The notes: generated by a model not told the origin, from the sequence alone. A stretch of 64,000 bases of DNA from Candidatus Kapaibacterium sp. (GCA_025059875.1 JANXCT010000005.1:1948-65947); one strand, 5' to 3'. Numbered from the stretch's first letter, positions 19,338 through 27,909 are shown. Numbers and translations are program-made.

Positions 19338-20370
19338 TCGAGGGCACGCGCCGGCATGGCTGGTATGGAAGCGCTTCTGGCGTCATCGCAGCGGCGTCAT
19401 CGGTGCGCTAATTGTCGCGGTACTGGTCGTAACAGCCATTGGGGCGGACTGGATAGCGCCGATGGATCCTACCGTCCAGGTGCTGGAGTACTCGCTGCAG
19501 CCTCCGATGTTTCGGGGCAGCCTCATAGCGCTGCGGAATCCTGCGGACCCGGATCGCCCGCGCCTGGTTCCGGTGCGGTGGTGGCAGTCAGTGGGTGACA
19601 GCGTCATTTACGAGGATTTCGCAAGCCAGCGCCGGGCAGTGGCCCGGTTGGAATTGGCTGGCCAGAGTCCCGACGAGTGGTATCGCCAGCCGCTCTACGT
19701 GTTGGGGACAGACCGCTATGGGCGTGATGTCTTGAGCCGGATCGTGTACGGGGCCCGCGTCAGCCTGCTGGTGGGTATCCTTTCGCAGGTCATAGCTGTC
19801 GTCATTGGGGCGGCGCTTGGGGCCTTGGCAGGTTACTTCCGGGGATGGGTGGATACGGCAATTATGTGGTTGCTCAACGTTGTGTGGGCCTATCCGACGC
19901 TGCTGTTGGCGATTGCATTCTCGGTCGTTCTAGGGCATGGTATGGAGCAGGCAGCGATCGCGATTGGGGTTTCCAGTTGGGTGGATATTGCCCGCATCGT
20001 CCGCGGCCAGTTCCTGGCACTCCGTGAGCAGGAGTATGTAGTAGCGGCACAGGCGTTGGGATTCTCGGCCGGGCGCATTATCTTGCGTCATCTCCTCCCG
20101 AACGTCGTCGGCCCATTAACGGTCGTGGTGACGGCGGGATTGGCCACAGCCATCGTTGCCGAAGCCGGCTTGAGCTTCCTCGGGCTGGGAGTCCAGCCGC
20201 CAACACCGTCATGGGGACAGATGGTGCGTGACGGCTACGGTTACATCGCTGCTGGGATCGCCTGGGGACTGGCGCTCTATCCCAGTCTTGCTATCGCTCT
20301 GGCAGTGCTAGGCTTCAACTTAGTGGGGGACGCGCTCCGTGACGTCATAGACCCGCAAATGCGTCGCTGA
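19303..20370 (+). CDS. ABC transporter permease, peptide/nickel (DppC/OppC-like) family
   Basis: WKRFWRHRSGVIGALIVAVLV N-terminal pattern and an EAA-like loop region. The start is uncertain because there is no ATG/GTG after the upstream stop. ATG 19303 overlaps the previous gene by 35 nt. Confidence 0.8.
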   Translation: MPFWTQESSSADRGHAPAWLVWKRFWRHRSGVIGALIVAVLVVTAIGADWIAPMDPTVQVLEYSLQPPMFRGSLIALRNPADPDRPRLVPVRWWQSVGDSVIYEDFASQRRAVARLELAGQSPDEWYRQPLYVLGTDRYGRDVLSRIVYGARVSLLVGILSQVIAVVIGAALGALAGYFRGWVDTAIMWLLNVVWAYPTLLLAIAFSVVLGHGMEQAAIAIGVSSWVDIARIVRGQFLALREQEYVVAAQALGFSAGRIILRHLLPNVVGPLTVVVTAGLATAIVAEAGLSFLGLGVQPPTPSWGQMVRDGYGYIAAGIAWGLALYPSLAIALAVLGFNLVGDALRDVIDPQMRR

Positions 20371-20841
20371 AATATGGAAGCTTCCCTTCGTCGGCTCGTC
20401 GTTGACGGTGGCCGGCTCCCACGCCACCTCTGGCAACGTATCGCCGAGGAAATCGGACTGGGAGTGCTGGGGACTGGCACTCTAGGGCGTGCTTGGAAAC
20501 CTCTAGGGCACTTTGCTCCGGCTGTGATTGTTCTGAATGTCGTCTTCCCCGACGAAGGTGGGTTAGCCCCTTCTGCGAGCTGTGCCGAAGCGAGTGCTGA
20601 CGCCAAGTGCCAGTCACCATCCGCTCTAGAGTGGGTGGACAAGGCATTATCCTCGAACTCACTCAGCAGAGTGGCTATACCCGCCTTCTGGAGCCTTTCG
20701 CGGCGGGGGCATGTGAGCAACTGCGGACAGTCCTCTACCAAGTGCGGGCTGGTGGTTGGGGCTGTCAGAGGGCGAGCCTAAGCCAGGAGGTAGTTCTCAC
20801 TCAGAAGCAGCAAGGGGGATGAACTCGTCGACTTCAGAGCC

Positions 20842-21936
20842 ATGATGCTGGAACACTGGGAAGAGCGGCTTCGCCGTGGTCCTCTGCCGCCAGTCCTCCT
20901 CCTCTTCGGCGAGGAGGAGCTGTTACTCAAGGAGGCCTTTCAGGAGTTGCGCGCTCGCTTGGAGCGGCAAGACCCGGTGGGGCTCAACGTGGAGACGGTG
21001 GAGGCAGAGTCCATCACAGCTCGGGAGCTGGTAGAGCGGGCACAAGTCTACCCGGTGTTAGCCGAAGTCCGGGCAATCTTCGTTCGGCAGGCCGAGCACC
21101 TCTTGGGGCGCTCGGAAAGCACCGTGGCAGCCCTGGTAGACTACCTTCGGCACCCGCAGCCGACGACTATCCTGGTGTTTGTTGCAGAGACAGTGCCGGA
21201 ATCGCTTCGAGGCATTAGCCGCCAGCTACGCAATCCGAAGCAGCAGAAGCGGGCCCATCAGCTCCTACAGCGGGCCCCAGTACTCTGGCGGCTACTGCTC
21301 AAGGAACATGCGTGGGTAGAGTTCCCGAAGCTCTATGACCGCGAGGTCCCCTCGTGGGTTGCCCAGCGGGCGCGTCGCTACGGCTATGAGCTATCCCCGC
21401 CGGCACTGGAGGCGCTCGTCAGTCTCGTGGGGACGGATCTACGCGAGCTGTCGAACGAGCTACAGAAGTTGGCCATCGTCGCGCAGAGCACAGGGGCCTC
21501 TGTGCTAGAGGAGGAGCATGTCCTCCAGCTGGTAGGGCTATCGCGTGCTTTCTCTGTCTTCGAGCTCCAGAAGGCGCTGGGAGAGGGGCGACTACAGCAA
21601 GCGCTCCAGATTGCGCAATACCTTGTTCGCTCCCAGCGTCAAGAGCTGCTAGTCATTGCGATGTTGACGCGATACTTCCTGATGCTCTGGAAGCTTGCCG
21701 ACCTGGAGGGGACGAACGCTACCTCTGAAGCCATTGCAGAAGCTCTGGGTATCCATCCCTTCTTCGTCGCTGAGTACCAGGCAGCCTACCGCCGGTTTGG
21801 ACCCGTAGGGGTTGAGCGTGCTCTCGTCGCTCTCCATCGGGCAGATGTGGCACTCAAGACGGGGGAGGCTCCTCCAGAGGCGGTCATCAGCGAGCTGATT
21901 ATGCGGTGCGTTGGCACGTTGGAGCAACATTCGTAA
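20842..21936 (+). CDS. holA: DNA polymerase III delta subunit
   Basis: 364 aa. N-terminal PPVLLLFGEEELLLKEAFQEL pattern and overall helical architecture typical of HolA. Confidence 0.75.
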   Translation: MMLEHWEERLRRGPLPPVLLLFGEEELLLKEAFQELRARLERQDPVGLNVETVEAESITARELVERAQVYPVLAEVRAIFVRQAEHLLGRSESTVAALVDYLRHPQPTTILVFVAETVPESLRGISRQLRNPKQQKRAHQLLQRAPVLWRLLLKEHAWVEFPKLYDREVPSWVAQRARRYGYELSPPALEALVSLVGTDLRELSNELQKLAIVAQSTGASVLEEEHVLQLVGLSRAFSVFELQKALGEGRLQQALQIAQYLVRSQRQELLVIAMLTRYFLMLWKLADLEGTNATSEAIAEALGIHPFFVAEYQAAYRRFGPVGVERALVALHRADVALKTGEAPPEAVISELIMRCVGTLEQHS

Positions 21937-21941
21937 GGGCG

Positions 21942-23678
21942 ATGCGACAGAGCAGCGCGTTTATCCCGACGCTTCGTGAGACTCCCACAGAGGCGCAAGC
22001 GGTCTCGCATCAACTGATGCTGCGTGCTGGGCTTGTCCGACAATTGGCTGCCGGTGTCTACAGCTTCCTGCCGCTGGGCTGGCGTGTCATGCAGAAAGTC
22101 ATGCGCATCATCCGAGAGGAGATGGATGCCATTGGCGGACAGGAGTTCCACTTCCCGGCACTCAATCCGCTCGAGGTTTGGGAGCAGACCGGACGGGCTG
22201 AGACGATGGGGGAAATTCTCTTCCACATCAAGAACCGCGAAGGACTCGTGCTGGCTCCGACGCATGAAGAAGTAGTGGCCTTCCATGCTCGGCAGCATAT
22301 CCAGTCGTACCGCGATCTACCGCAGATCTGGTACCAGATTCAGCCCAAGTTCCGCAACGAACCTCGACCACGGTTCGGCGTCCTCCGAGGACGGCAGTTC
22401 ACGATGAAGGATTCGTACTCCTTGGATGCCACATGGGAGGGACTAGACATCAGTTATGAGAAGCATGCCCAAGCCTACCGGCGTATCTTCCAGCGATGTG
22501 GCCTACGCTTCTTCGTCGTGGGGGCATCCAGTGGTGCAATGGGAGGAAGCGTCTCACAGGAGTTCATGGTGGAGTCGCCGGCCGGAGAAGACATCTGTGC
22601 TGTCTGTCCCTCGTGTGGCTATGCTGCGAATGTAGAGGTTGCTCGCTCAGCAGTCGAGCCAACTCCACGGCTGCCAGAGAGTGCACCCATAGAGCGGTTC
22701 CCAACCCCTGGTGTGCGGACGATCGACGACCTCATCTACCAGCACGGCATTCCAGAGGAGCGCTGTGCCAAGGCGCTCGTCTACATTGCGGATGGAAAGC
22801 CGGTGATGGTCCTCCTCCGCGGCAACGATGAACTCAACGAGACGAAGCTCCAGGCTGCCATAGGGGCCGTCTACTTACGACCAGCTACGCCTGAGGAGCT
22901 ACTCCAGTATACTGGTGCATCCGCTGGCTCGATAGGCCCGATAGGGCTCCCAACGCCGATGCCGATCATCGTTGATGAACGCCTGCGGAACGCAAATGGA
23001 CTTGTCAGCGGCGCAAACCAAGATGGATACCACTACCGCCATATCGACCTCCAGCGGGATTGCCGCGTTGACCGCTATGCTGACCTCCGGACCGTGCAGG
23101 ATGGGGAGCCGTGTCCTCAGTGTGGCACTCCGCTGCGTATCGTGCGTGCCATCGAAGTTGGGCATATCTTCAAGCTCGGTACGAAGTACTCCGAAGCCCT
23201 GGGAGCTACCTTCCTGGATGAGCATGGCCAGCAGCGCCCTATCATCATGGGCAGCTACGGGATCGGCGTGGAGAGGATTATCGCTGCCTTCATCGAGCAG
23301 CACCACGACGAGCGTGGTATCTGCTGGATTCCCGCGATTGCCCCCTTCCAGGTTCACCTCATCAGCATAGGAGCCGACCGCCACGAGGGGGTTGCTCGGA
23401 CAGCAGAGCAGCTCTACGAGCAGCTATGGCGCGAAGGAATTGAGACCTTGTACGACGACCGGGACGAGACACCGGGGGTAAAGTTCAACGATGCGGACCT
23501 CATCGGGCTTCCGTTGCAGCTCATCGTTAGCCCGCGGAACGTAGAAGCAGGGACCGTAGAAGTGAAGCAACGCCACTCTGGGGAGCGCCATTATGTCCCG
23601 GTGACGGAGACTATAGTCTCTGTGCGGCTCCTGCTAGAGCAGCTGTCCGAACAGCTAACGCATGCCCCATCTCCATGA
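21942..23678 (+). CDS. proS: Prolyl-tRNA synthetase
   Basis: MRQSSAFIPTLRETPTEAQAVSHQLMLRAGLVRQL N-terminus, class II motifs (FRNEPRPRFGVLRGRQFTMKD; SYGIGVERI), bacterial-type length. Confidence 0.9.
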   Translation: MRQSSAFIPTLRETPTEAQAVSHQLMLRAGLVRQLAAGVYSFLPLGWRVMQKVMRIIREEMDAIGGQEFHFPALNPLEVWEQTGRAETMGEILFHIKNREGLVLAPTHEEVVAFHARQHIQSYRDLPQIWYQIQPKFRNEPRPRFGVLRGRQFTMKDSYSLDATWEGLDISYEKHAQAYRRIFQRCGLRFFVVGASSGAMGGSVSQEFMVESPAGEDICAVCPSCGYAANVEVARSAVEPTPRLPESAPIERFPTPGVRTIDDLIYQHGIPEERCAKALVYIADGKPVMVLLRGNDELNETKLQAAIGAVYLRPATPEELLQYTGASAGSIGPIGLPTPMPIIVDERLRNANGLVSGANQDGYHYRHIDLQRDCRVDRYADLRTVQDGEPCPQCGTPLRIVRAIEVGHIFKLGTKYSEALGATFLDEHGQQRPIIMGSYGIGVERIIAAFIEQHHDERGICWIPAIAPFQVHLISIGADRHEGVARTAEQLYEQLWREGIETLYDDRDETPGVKFNDADLIGLPLQLIVSPRNVEAGTVEVKQRHSGERHYVPVTETIVSVRLLLEQLSEQLTHAPSP

Positions 23679-24511
23679 TCGTTGCCGACCTGCACGTGCA
23701 CTCTGTCTACTCCGACGGGGTCTTACGGCCTGAAGAGCTAGTCCGGCAAGCGGCTGCTCGCGGACTGCAGTGGCTCGCTATCACCGACCATGATACAGTA
23801 GCCGGCTACGAGGAGGCCTTCCGCGCAGGACAGCGCTTTGGGGTTACGGTGTTGGCAGCGTTGGAGGTTAGCTGCTACGAACTTGGACAGGAGCTCCACG
23901 TGCTTGGCTACGGCGTCCAGCCTGACGACATACGGCTTCACCAGCATGCTCAGCAAGCACAGGAACGGCGGCTGCGCCGCATGGAGCGGATGCTAAGGCG
24001 TTGCCGGCATCTTGGGCTACATGTAACCCTGGAGGATGTTGCAGACTGCGCCCCTGGGCAGATGCTGGGGCGCCCTCATTTGGCAGCAGCGCTGGTCCGG
24101 CGGGGCTACTGCGAAACGGTGCGCGAAGCGTTTGCCCGCTACTTAGAGGCTGGAAGGCCGGCTTATGAGCCTCCAGAAGAGTTCCCCGTTGTGCGAGCTC
24201 TGGGACTCATCCACGCGGCCGGCGGGATTGCGGTCATAGCTCATCCCCATCGGACGTTCCGGTCACCACGCCTTTTGCTGAGCTTACTCCGGAAGGGCTT
24301 CGACGGAATGGAGGTCTACCATCCTGCCCACGGAGCGGTACTACAGGGCTACTACGCTACCCTTGCTCGCTGCCACCATCTTCTGGCCACGGGGGGTTCA
24401 GATTACCACGGGACTCGCCCCTATGACGAGGCGAACTTTGGAACGGTAGGGCTCTCAGCGGAGGGGATGAGCGCCATAGTAGGACGACTGGCTCTGCGAG
24501 ATGTGGCGTAA
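23675..24511 (+). CDS. PHP domain phosphoesterase (TrpH/YciV-like)
   Basis: DLHVHSVYSDGV and AITDHDT motifs. 278 aa. Confidence 0.8.
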   Translation: MIVADLHVHSVYSDGVLRPEELVRQAAARGLQWLAITDHDTVAGYEEAFRAGQRFGVTVLAALEVSCYELGQELHVLGYGVQPDDIRLHQHAQQAQERRLRRMERMLRRCRHLGLHVTLEDVADCAPGQMLGRPHLAAALVRRGYCETVREAFARYLEAGRPAYEPPEEFPVVRALGLIHAAGGIAVIAHPHRTFRSPRLLLSLLRKGFDGMEVYHPAHGAVLQGYYATLARCHHLLATGGSDYHGTRPYDEANFGTVGLSAEGMSAIVGRLALRDVA

Positions 24512-25262
24512 GCTGTGGCTGCTTGGCTGCTGGGCACTCGTCCAGGCTCAGGAGCTCCCGTCCGCTGCCGATGTACTGCGGGGTGCAGAGGCTGCCTTGC
24601 GGGAGCCGCCTGTGATGTGGGGCATCGTAGTGGTGCCAGCTCTGCTAGCGGTAGATCGTGCTGTTGCCGAGGTCTACTCCCCTCTATGCGGCAGAGGACT
24701 CCTCTGGCAGGTGGCACACCTCTATGGCGAACGCTGGATGCCGCTGGCGGTTGCTGCTGGAGCTTACGGAATCGGCTGGCTACTAGACAATCAGCAACTC
24801 CAGCGAGTAGGCATAACCGTAGCTGGGTCAGCGGTAGTGGCTGGAATCGTCACAGCTACCTTCAAGGTTGCTGTAGGGCGAGCTCGTCCCGAGGTCAACG
24901 CTGGGGCATTCGCGTTCTCCCCAGGGTCATTCGATGACCGTTACCAGAGCTTTCCGTCGGGCCACGCCGCCATAGGTTTTGCAACGACAACGGCACTCGT
25001 GGCAACGTTGAAGCCATCGCTTGTCGTGCGGGTTGCTGCCTACGGTCTCGCTGGACTGATGGCGATCTCGCGGCTGTACGGGGGTCGTCACTGGCTCTCC
25101 GACGTCGTTGCTGGAGCTTCCGTCGGGTATGCAGCAGCCCGGGCTGTGGCCTTAGCTGTAGATGGGAGACAGGCAGCGGGCTTGGAGGTTCTGCCCTTGG
25201 CTGGAAGGGGGGTGGGTATTGCCTGCTACTTCCCACTCCTTAGGCCCGAGCAGCACCGGTGA
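24501..25262 (+). CDS. PAP2 family phosphatase (membrane)
   Basis: KVAVGRARP ... PSGH ... SRLYGGRHWLSDV tripartite acid-phosphatase motif, with hydrophobic segments. Confidence 0.85.
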   Translation: MWRKLWLLGCWALVQAQELPSAADVLRGAEAALREPPVMWGIVVVPALLAVDRAVAEVYSPLCGRGLLWQVAHLYGERWMPLAVAAGAYGIGWLLDNQQLQRVGITVAGSAVVAGIVTATFKVAVGRARPEVNAGAFAFSPGSFDDRYQSFPSGHAAIGFATTTALVATLKPSLVVRVAAYGLAGLMAISRLYGGRHWLSDVVAGASVGYAAARAVALAVDGRQAAGLEVLPLAGRGVGIACYFPLLRPEQHR

Positions 25263-25397
25263 AGAGAGAGCCGTCATCTGGTAGGCGGAAGAGAGCTGTC
25301 CGGGGCAGCTCGATAAGTGCTGCTCCCTTGCAAATGTGTGGAGGTCGGAAGGCTAGCGTAGGTAGCTCCTTTGAGCGACATCTACCCGAGGCAAGCC

Positions 25398-25922
25398 TTA
25401 GTCCATGAAGAGGTAGGGACGCCACTCTTCTTCCAGCTTCCCGACGAACTGCTTGAGGAAGAGGATCGGGTGCGGGCGCCGCGGAGGGCGTAGGAGCCGC
25501 ATACCCGCCTCCTCCGGTGTGCGATCCCCTTTGAGGTTGTTGCAGCGGATGCAAGCACACACGAGGTTCTCCCACGTGTCGGTGCCACCGCGCGAGCGCG
25601 GGATGACGTGGTCTATGGTCAGTTCAGCCTCCGTGGTTCCGCAGTATTGGCACCGGAATCCGTCCCTCCGCATGATGTTGCGGCGGGACAGTTCAACATG
25701 CTTGTGGGGTACACGGACGTAGGTCATCAGCCGGATAACACTCGGCAAGGGATAGGAAGCCGTTACGCTCCGGAGTACGAGGCCGGGGCGTACTTCTACG
25801 ATTTCTGCCTTCGCCAGGACCAGCAAGAGGACTGCCTTTTTGACCGAGCAGATACTGACAGGCTCGTAGCCTCGGTTGAGGACAAGGACTTTCTTCGTCA
25901 GCGGGTTGTACGCTGACGGCAC
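25398..25922 (-). CDS. Stand-alone HNH endonuclease
   Basis: RDGFRCQYCG...LTIDHVIPRSRGGTDTWENLVCACIRCNNLKG. GTG start at 25922. Confidence 0.85.
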   Translation of the reverse strand: MPSAYNPLTKKVLVLNRGYEPVSICSVKKAVLLLVLAKAEIVEVRPGLVLRSVTASYPLPSVIRLMTYVRVPHKHVELSRRNIMRRDGFRCQYCGTTEAELTIDHVIPRSRGGTDTWENLVCACIRCNNLKGDRTPEEAGMRLLRPPRRPHPILFLKQFVGKLEEEWRPYLFMD

Positions 25923-26073
25923 CTCATAGGCACGACCGTTCTCTATGGGCTGGAAGCGCGCGGCGAAGGCGGATGGACGATGTACAACCGATGGTAGACT
26001 TCAAGCCTGGAGCACCAAATTACACGGTTTCGCTAACTTGCGTTCCCGACGTCCAACAAGCGTCGGGACCTGC

Positions 26074-27201
26074 ATGCAAGTGCGGGCATTCCTAGTGTTA
26101 GAGAACGGTGCCGTCTTTGAGGGCTCTGCATTTGGAGCTGTTGACCGGGAGGCTGCGGGTGAGGTCGTCTTCAACACGGCTATGAGCGGGTATGAGGAGA
26201 TCCTCACCGATCCCAGCTATTGCGGTCAGATTGTCACCTTCACGTACCCGCACATCGGCAACTACGGCATCACGTTAGAGGATTGGGAGTCGGGCCGAGT
26301 CCAGGTGGAAGGTATCGTCGTGCATGAATGTTCCCGCACCTACTCTAACTGGCGCGCTCGGCTTGGGCTAGCGGAGTACTTGGAGCAACAGGGCGTGATT
26401 GGCCTACAGGGAATTGATACCCGAATGCTAGTGCGGATGATTCGCGACAAGGGTGCACTCCGTGGGATTATCTCCGCTCAGGGGACGCCAGAGGAGCTGT
26501 TGGAGCGTGTACGAGCCATCCCATTGATGGAAGGGCTAGACCTGACCGACCACGTGACGACGCTATCTCCGTACTGGTTGGAGCCGTCGGGGTCGGGGAC
26601 AGCACCAGTTGTGGTTTTGGTTGACTACGGTGTCAAGCACACCATCATTCGTAGCCTCTTGCAGCGGGGATGCCGAGTCTGCGTCGTCCCTGCCCGGACC
26701 CCTGCAGAAGCGATCTTGGAAATGGAGCCTGCTGGGGTTGTGCTCTCAAATGGTCCGGGGGATCCAGCAGCGATCAGCTATGCCCTGCCACAGCTACGAA
26801 AGTTGGTCAGCTCGAGGGTTCCGATCTTGGGAATCTGCTTGGGGCATCAGCTACTGGGATTGGCCTTCGGTGCACGAACGTACAAGTTGAAGTTTGGGCA
26901 CCACGGAGCCAACCATCCTGTGCGGAACTTACGGACAGGGGCAGTGGAGATTACTTCGCAGAACCACGGCTTTGCTGTGGATCCGACAACGCTCCCGCCA
27001 GCCATAGAGGTGACCCACATCAATCTCAACGACGGCACTTTGGAGGGTATGCGTCATCGAGAACTGCCAATCATGGCGGTGCAGTACCACCCTGAAGCTG
27101 CCCCTGGACCACACGATGCACGCTACGTCTTCGATGAATTCGTTGCGTGGGTACGGGCTGGCCAGGCTGTGGAACCTCAAGAAGTGCCCTGCGGAGGCTG
27201 A
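26074..27201 (+). CDS. carA: Carbamoyl-phosphate synthase small (glutaminase) subunit
   Basis: MQVRAFLVLENGAVFEGSAFGA N-terminus, GICLGHQLL catalytic Cys motif, HGANHPV, QYHPEA. Confidence 0.9.
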   Translation: MQVRAFLVLENGAVFEGSAFGAVDREAAGEVVFNTAMSGYEEILTDPSYCGQIVTFTYPHIGNYGITLEDWESGRVQVEGIVVHECSRTYSNWRARLGLAEYLEQQGVIGLQGIDTRMLVRMIRDKGALRGIISAQGTPEELLERVRAIPLMEGLDLTDHVTTLSPYWLEPSGSGTAPVVVLVDYGVKHTIIRSLLQRGCRVCVVPARTPAEAILEMEPAGVVLSNGPGDPAAISYALPQLRKLVSSRVPILGICLGHQLLGLAFGARTYKLKFGHHGANHPVRNLRTGAVEITSQNHGFAVDPTTLPPAIEVTHINLNDGTLEGMRHRELPIMAVQYHPEAAPGPHDARYVFDEFVAWVRAGQAVEPQEVPCGG

Positions 27202-27209
27202 GAAAGCGG

Positions 27210-27217
27210 TATATTTG
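27210..27217 (+). promoter_or_regulatory. Candidate -7 promoter box TATATTTG driving the tRNA array
   Basis: Exact TAnnTTTG match starting 9 nt after the carA stop and ending 9 nt before the first nucleotide of tRNA-Tyr. Confidence 0.45.
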
Positions 27218-27226
27218 CACTTCGTG

Positions 27227-27310
27227 GGGCAGGTACCGAAGCGGTCAAACGGGGCAGACTGTAAATCTGCTGGCGGAACGCCTTCGGAGGTTCGAATCCT
27301 CCCCTGCCCA
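27227..27310 (+). tRNA. tRNA-Tyr (GTA)
   Basis: Hand-folded. Acceptor GGGCAGG/CCTGCCC, anticodon loop CTGTAAA, long variable arm, T arm GGAGG-TTCGAAT-CCTCC. No encoded CCA. Confidence 0.9.
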
Positions 27311-27318
27311 CGCCGGAT

Positions 27319-27391
27319 GCGGGAGTAGCTCAGTTGGTAGAGCATCGGCTTCCCAAGCCGAGGGTCGCGGGTTCGAGTCCCGTCTCCCGCT
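27319..27391 (+). tRNA. tRNA-Gly (CCC), copy 1
   Basis: Acceptor GCGGGAG/CTCCCGC, anticodon arm TCGGC-TTCCCAA-GCCGA, T arm GCGGG-TTCGAGT-CCCGT. No encoded CCA. Confidence 0.9.
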
Positions 27392-27392
27392 C

Positions 27393-27465
27393 GCGGGAGT
27401 AGCTCAGTTGGTAGAGCGCGAGCCTTCCAAGCTCGGGGTCGCGGGTTCGAGTCCCGTCTCCCGCT
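27393..27465 (+). tRNA. tRNA-Gly (TCC)
   Basis: Same scaffold as copy 1 except the anticodon arm CGAGC-CTTCCAA-GCTCG. Starts 1 nt after the previous tRNA. Confidence 0.9.
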
Positions 27466-27466
27466 C

Positions 27467-27539
27467 GCGGGAATAGCTCAGTTGGTAGAGCATCGGCTTC
27501 CCAAGCCGAGGGTCGCGGGTTCGAGTCCCGTTTCCCGCT
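27467..27539 (+). tRNA. tRNA-Gly (CCC), copy 2
   Basis: Identical to copy 1 except for the compensated acceptor pair 7:66 (G:C becomes A:T). Starts 1 nt after the previous tRNA. Confidence 0.9.
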
Positions 27540-27543
27540 CTAT

Positions 27544-27615
27544 GCTGATGTAGCTCAGTGGTAGAGCACGTCCTTGGTAAGGACGGGGTCGCCGGTTCAA
27601 ATCCGGCCATCAGCT
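27544..27615 (+). tRNA. tRNA-Thr (GGT)
   Basis: Acceptor GCTGATG/CATCAGC, anticodon loop TTGGTAA, T arm GCCGG-TTCAAAT-CCGGC. Confidence 0.9.
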
Positions 27616-27616
27616 C

Positions 27617-27689
27617 ACGGGTGTAGCTCAAGTGGTAGAGCAGCGGTCTCCAAAACCGCAGGTTGGGGGTTCGAGTCCCTCCACCCGTG
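27617..27689 (+). tRNA. tRNA-Trp (CCA)
   Basis: Acceptor ACGGGTG/CACCCGT, anticodon arm GCGGT-CTCCAAA-ACCGC, T loop TTCGAGT. Starts 1 nt after tRNA-Thr. Confidence 0.9.
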
Positions 27690-27722
27690 CTGATTCTGTA
27701 TAGCGTTTCTCAACGCGGCCTC

Positions 27723-27905
27723 ATGATAGCAAAGGTCAAAGCCTTCGGGCAGGAAGTTGTCCGGGAGATGCAGAGGGTCAGCTGGCCCACGCGGGAGCAG
27801 CTGCGAGAGTCGACAGTTGTGGTCGTCGTAACCTGCCTACTGTTGGCCGCTTTCACGTGGATTGTTGATACGGTCGTCACGGCTGTGCTCAGGTTTATTT
27901 TCTGA
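27723..27905 (+). CDS. secE: Preprotein translocase subunit SecE
   Basis: 60 aa. VVREMQRVSWPTREQL followed by a single TM helix. Canonical position between tRNA-Trp and nusG. Confidence 0.85.
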   Translation: MIAKVKAFGQEVVREMQRVSWPTREQLRESTVVVVVTCLLLAAFTWIVDTVVTAVLRFIF

Positions 27906-27909
27906 CACT

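Noticed and set aside
20446-20458. GAGGAAATCGGAC resembles the RNase P RNA P4 strand GAGGAAAGTCCGG, so the 470-bp gap could be rnpB
   Set aside because: Two bases are missing relative to the consensus. There is no complementary P4 3' strand (ACAGAAnnCGGCTTA-like). I could not find GGTAAGGGTGAAAGGGTG-type J11/12-P12 elements on either strand.
20277-20781. ORFs 20374-20781 (+), 20277-20741 (-) and 20607-20822 (+) as real genes in the gap
   Set aside because: They overlap one another in different frames and are low complexity with no recognisable motif. One runs into the oppC 3' end. They are kept only as part of the 'unexplained gap' finding.
20790-20815. CAGAAGCAGCAAGG resembles the SRP RNA domain IV motif GGAAGCAGCC
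   Set aside because: There is no GGAA tetraloop hairpin or symmetric-loop partner strand around it. The similarity is limited to about 8 nt.
25293-25311. GAGCTG-n7-CAGCTC hairpin between the convergent PAP2 and HNH genes as a bidirectional terminator
   Set aside because: The stem is only 6 bp and there is no flanking T/A tract, which is too weak to call.
27319-27539. Three ~74-bp direct repeats as a CRISPR array or other repeat family
   Set aside because: Each unit folds into a complete tRNA-Gly cloverleaf. The only 'spacers' are single nucleotides.
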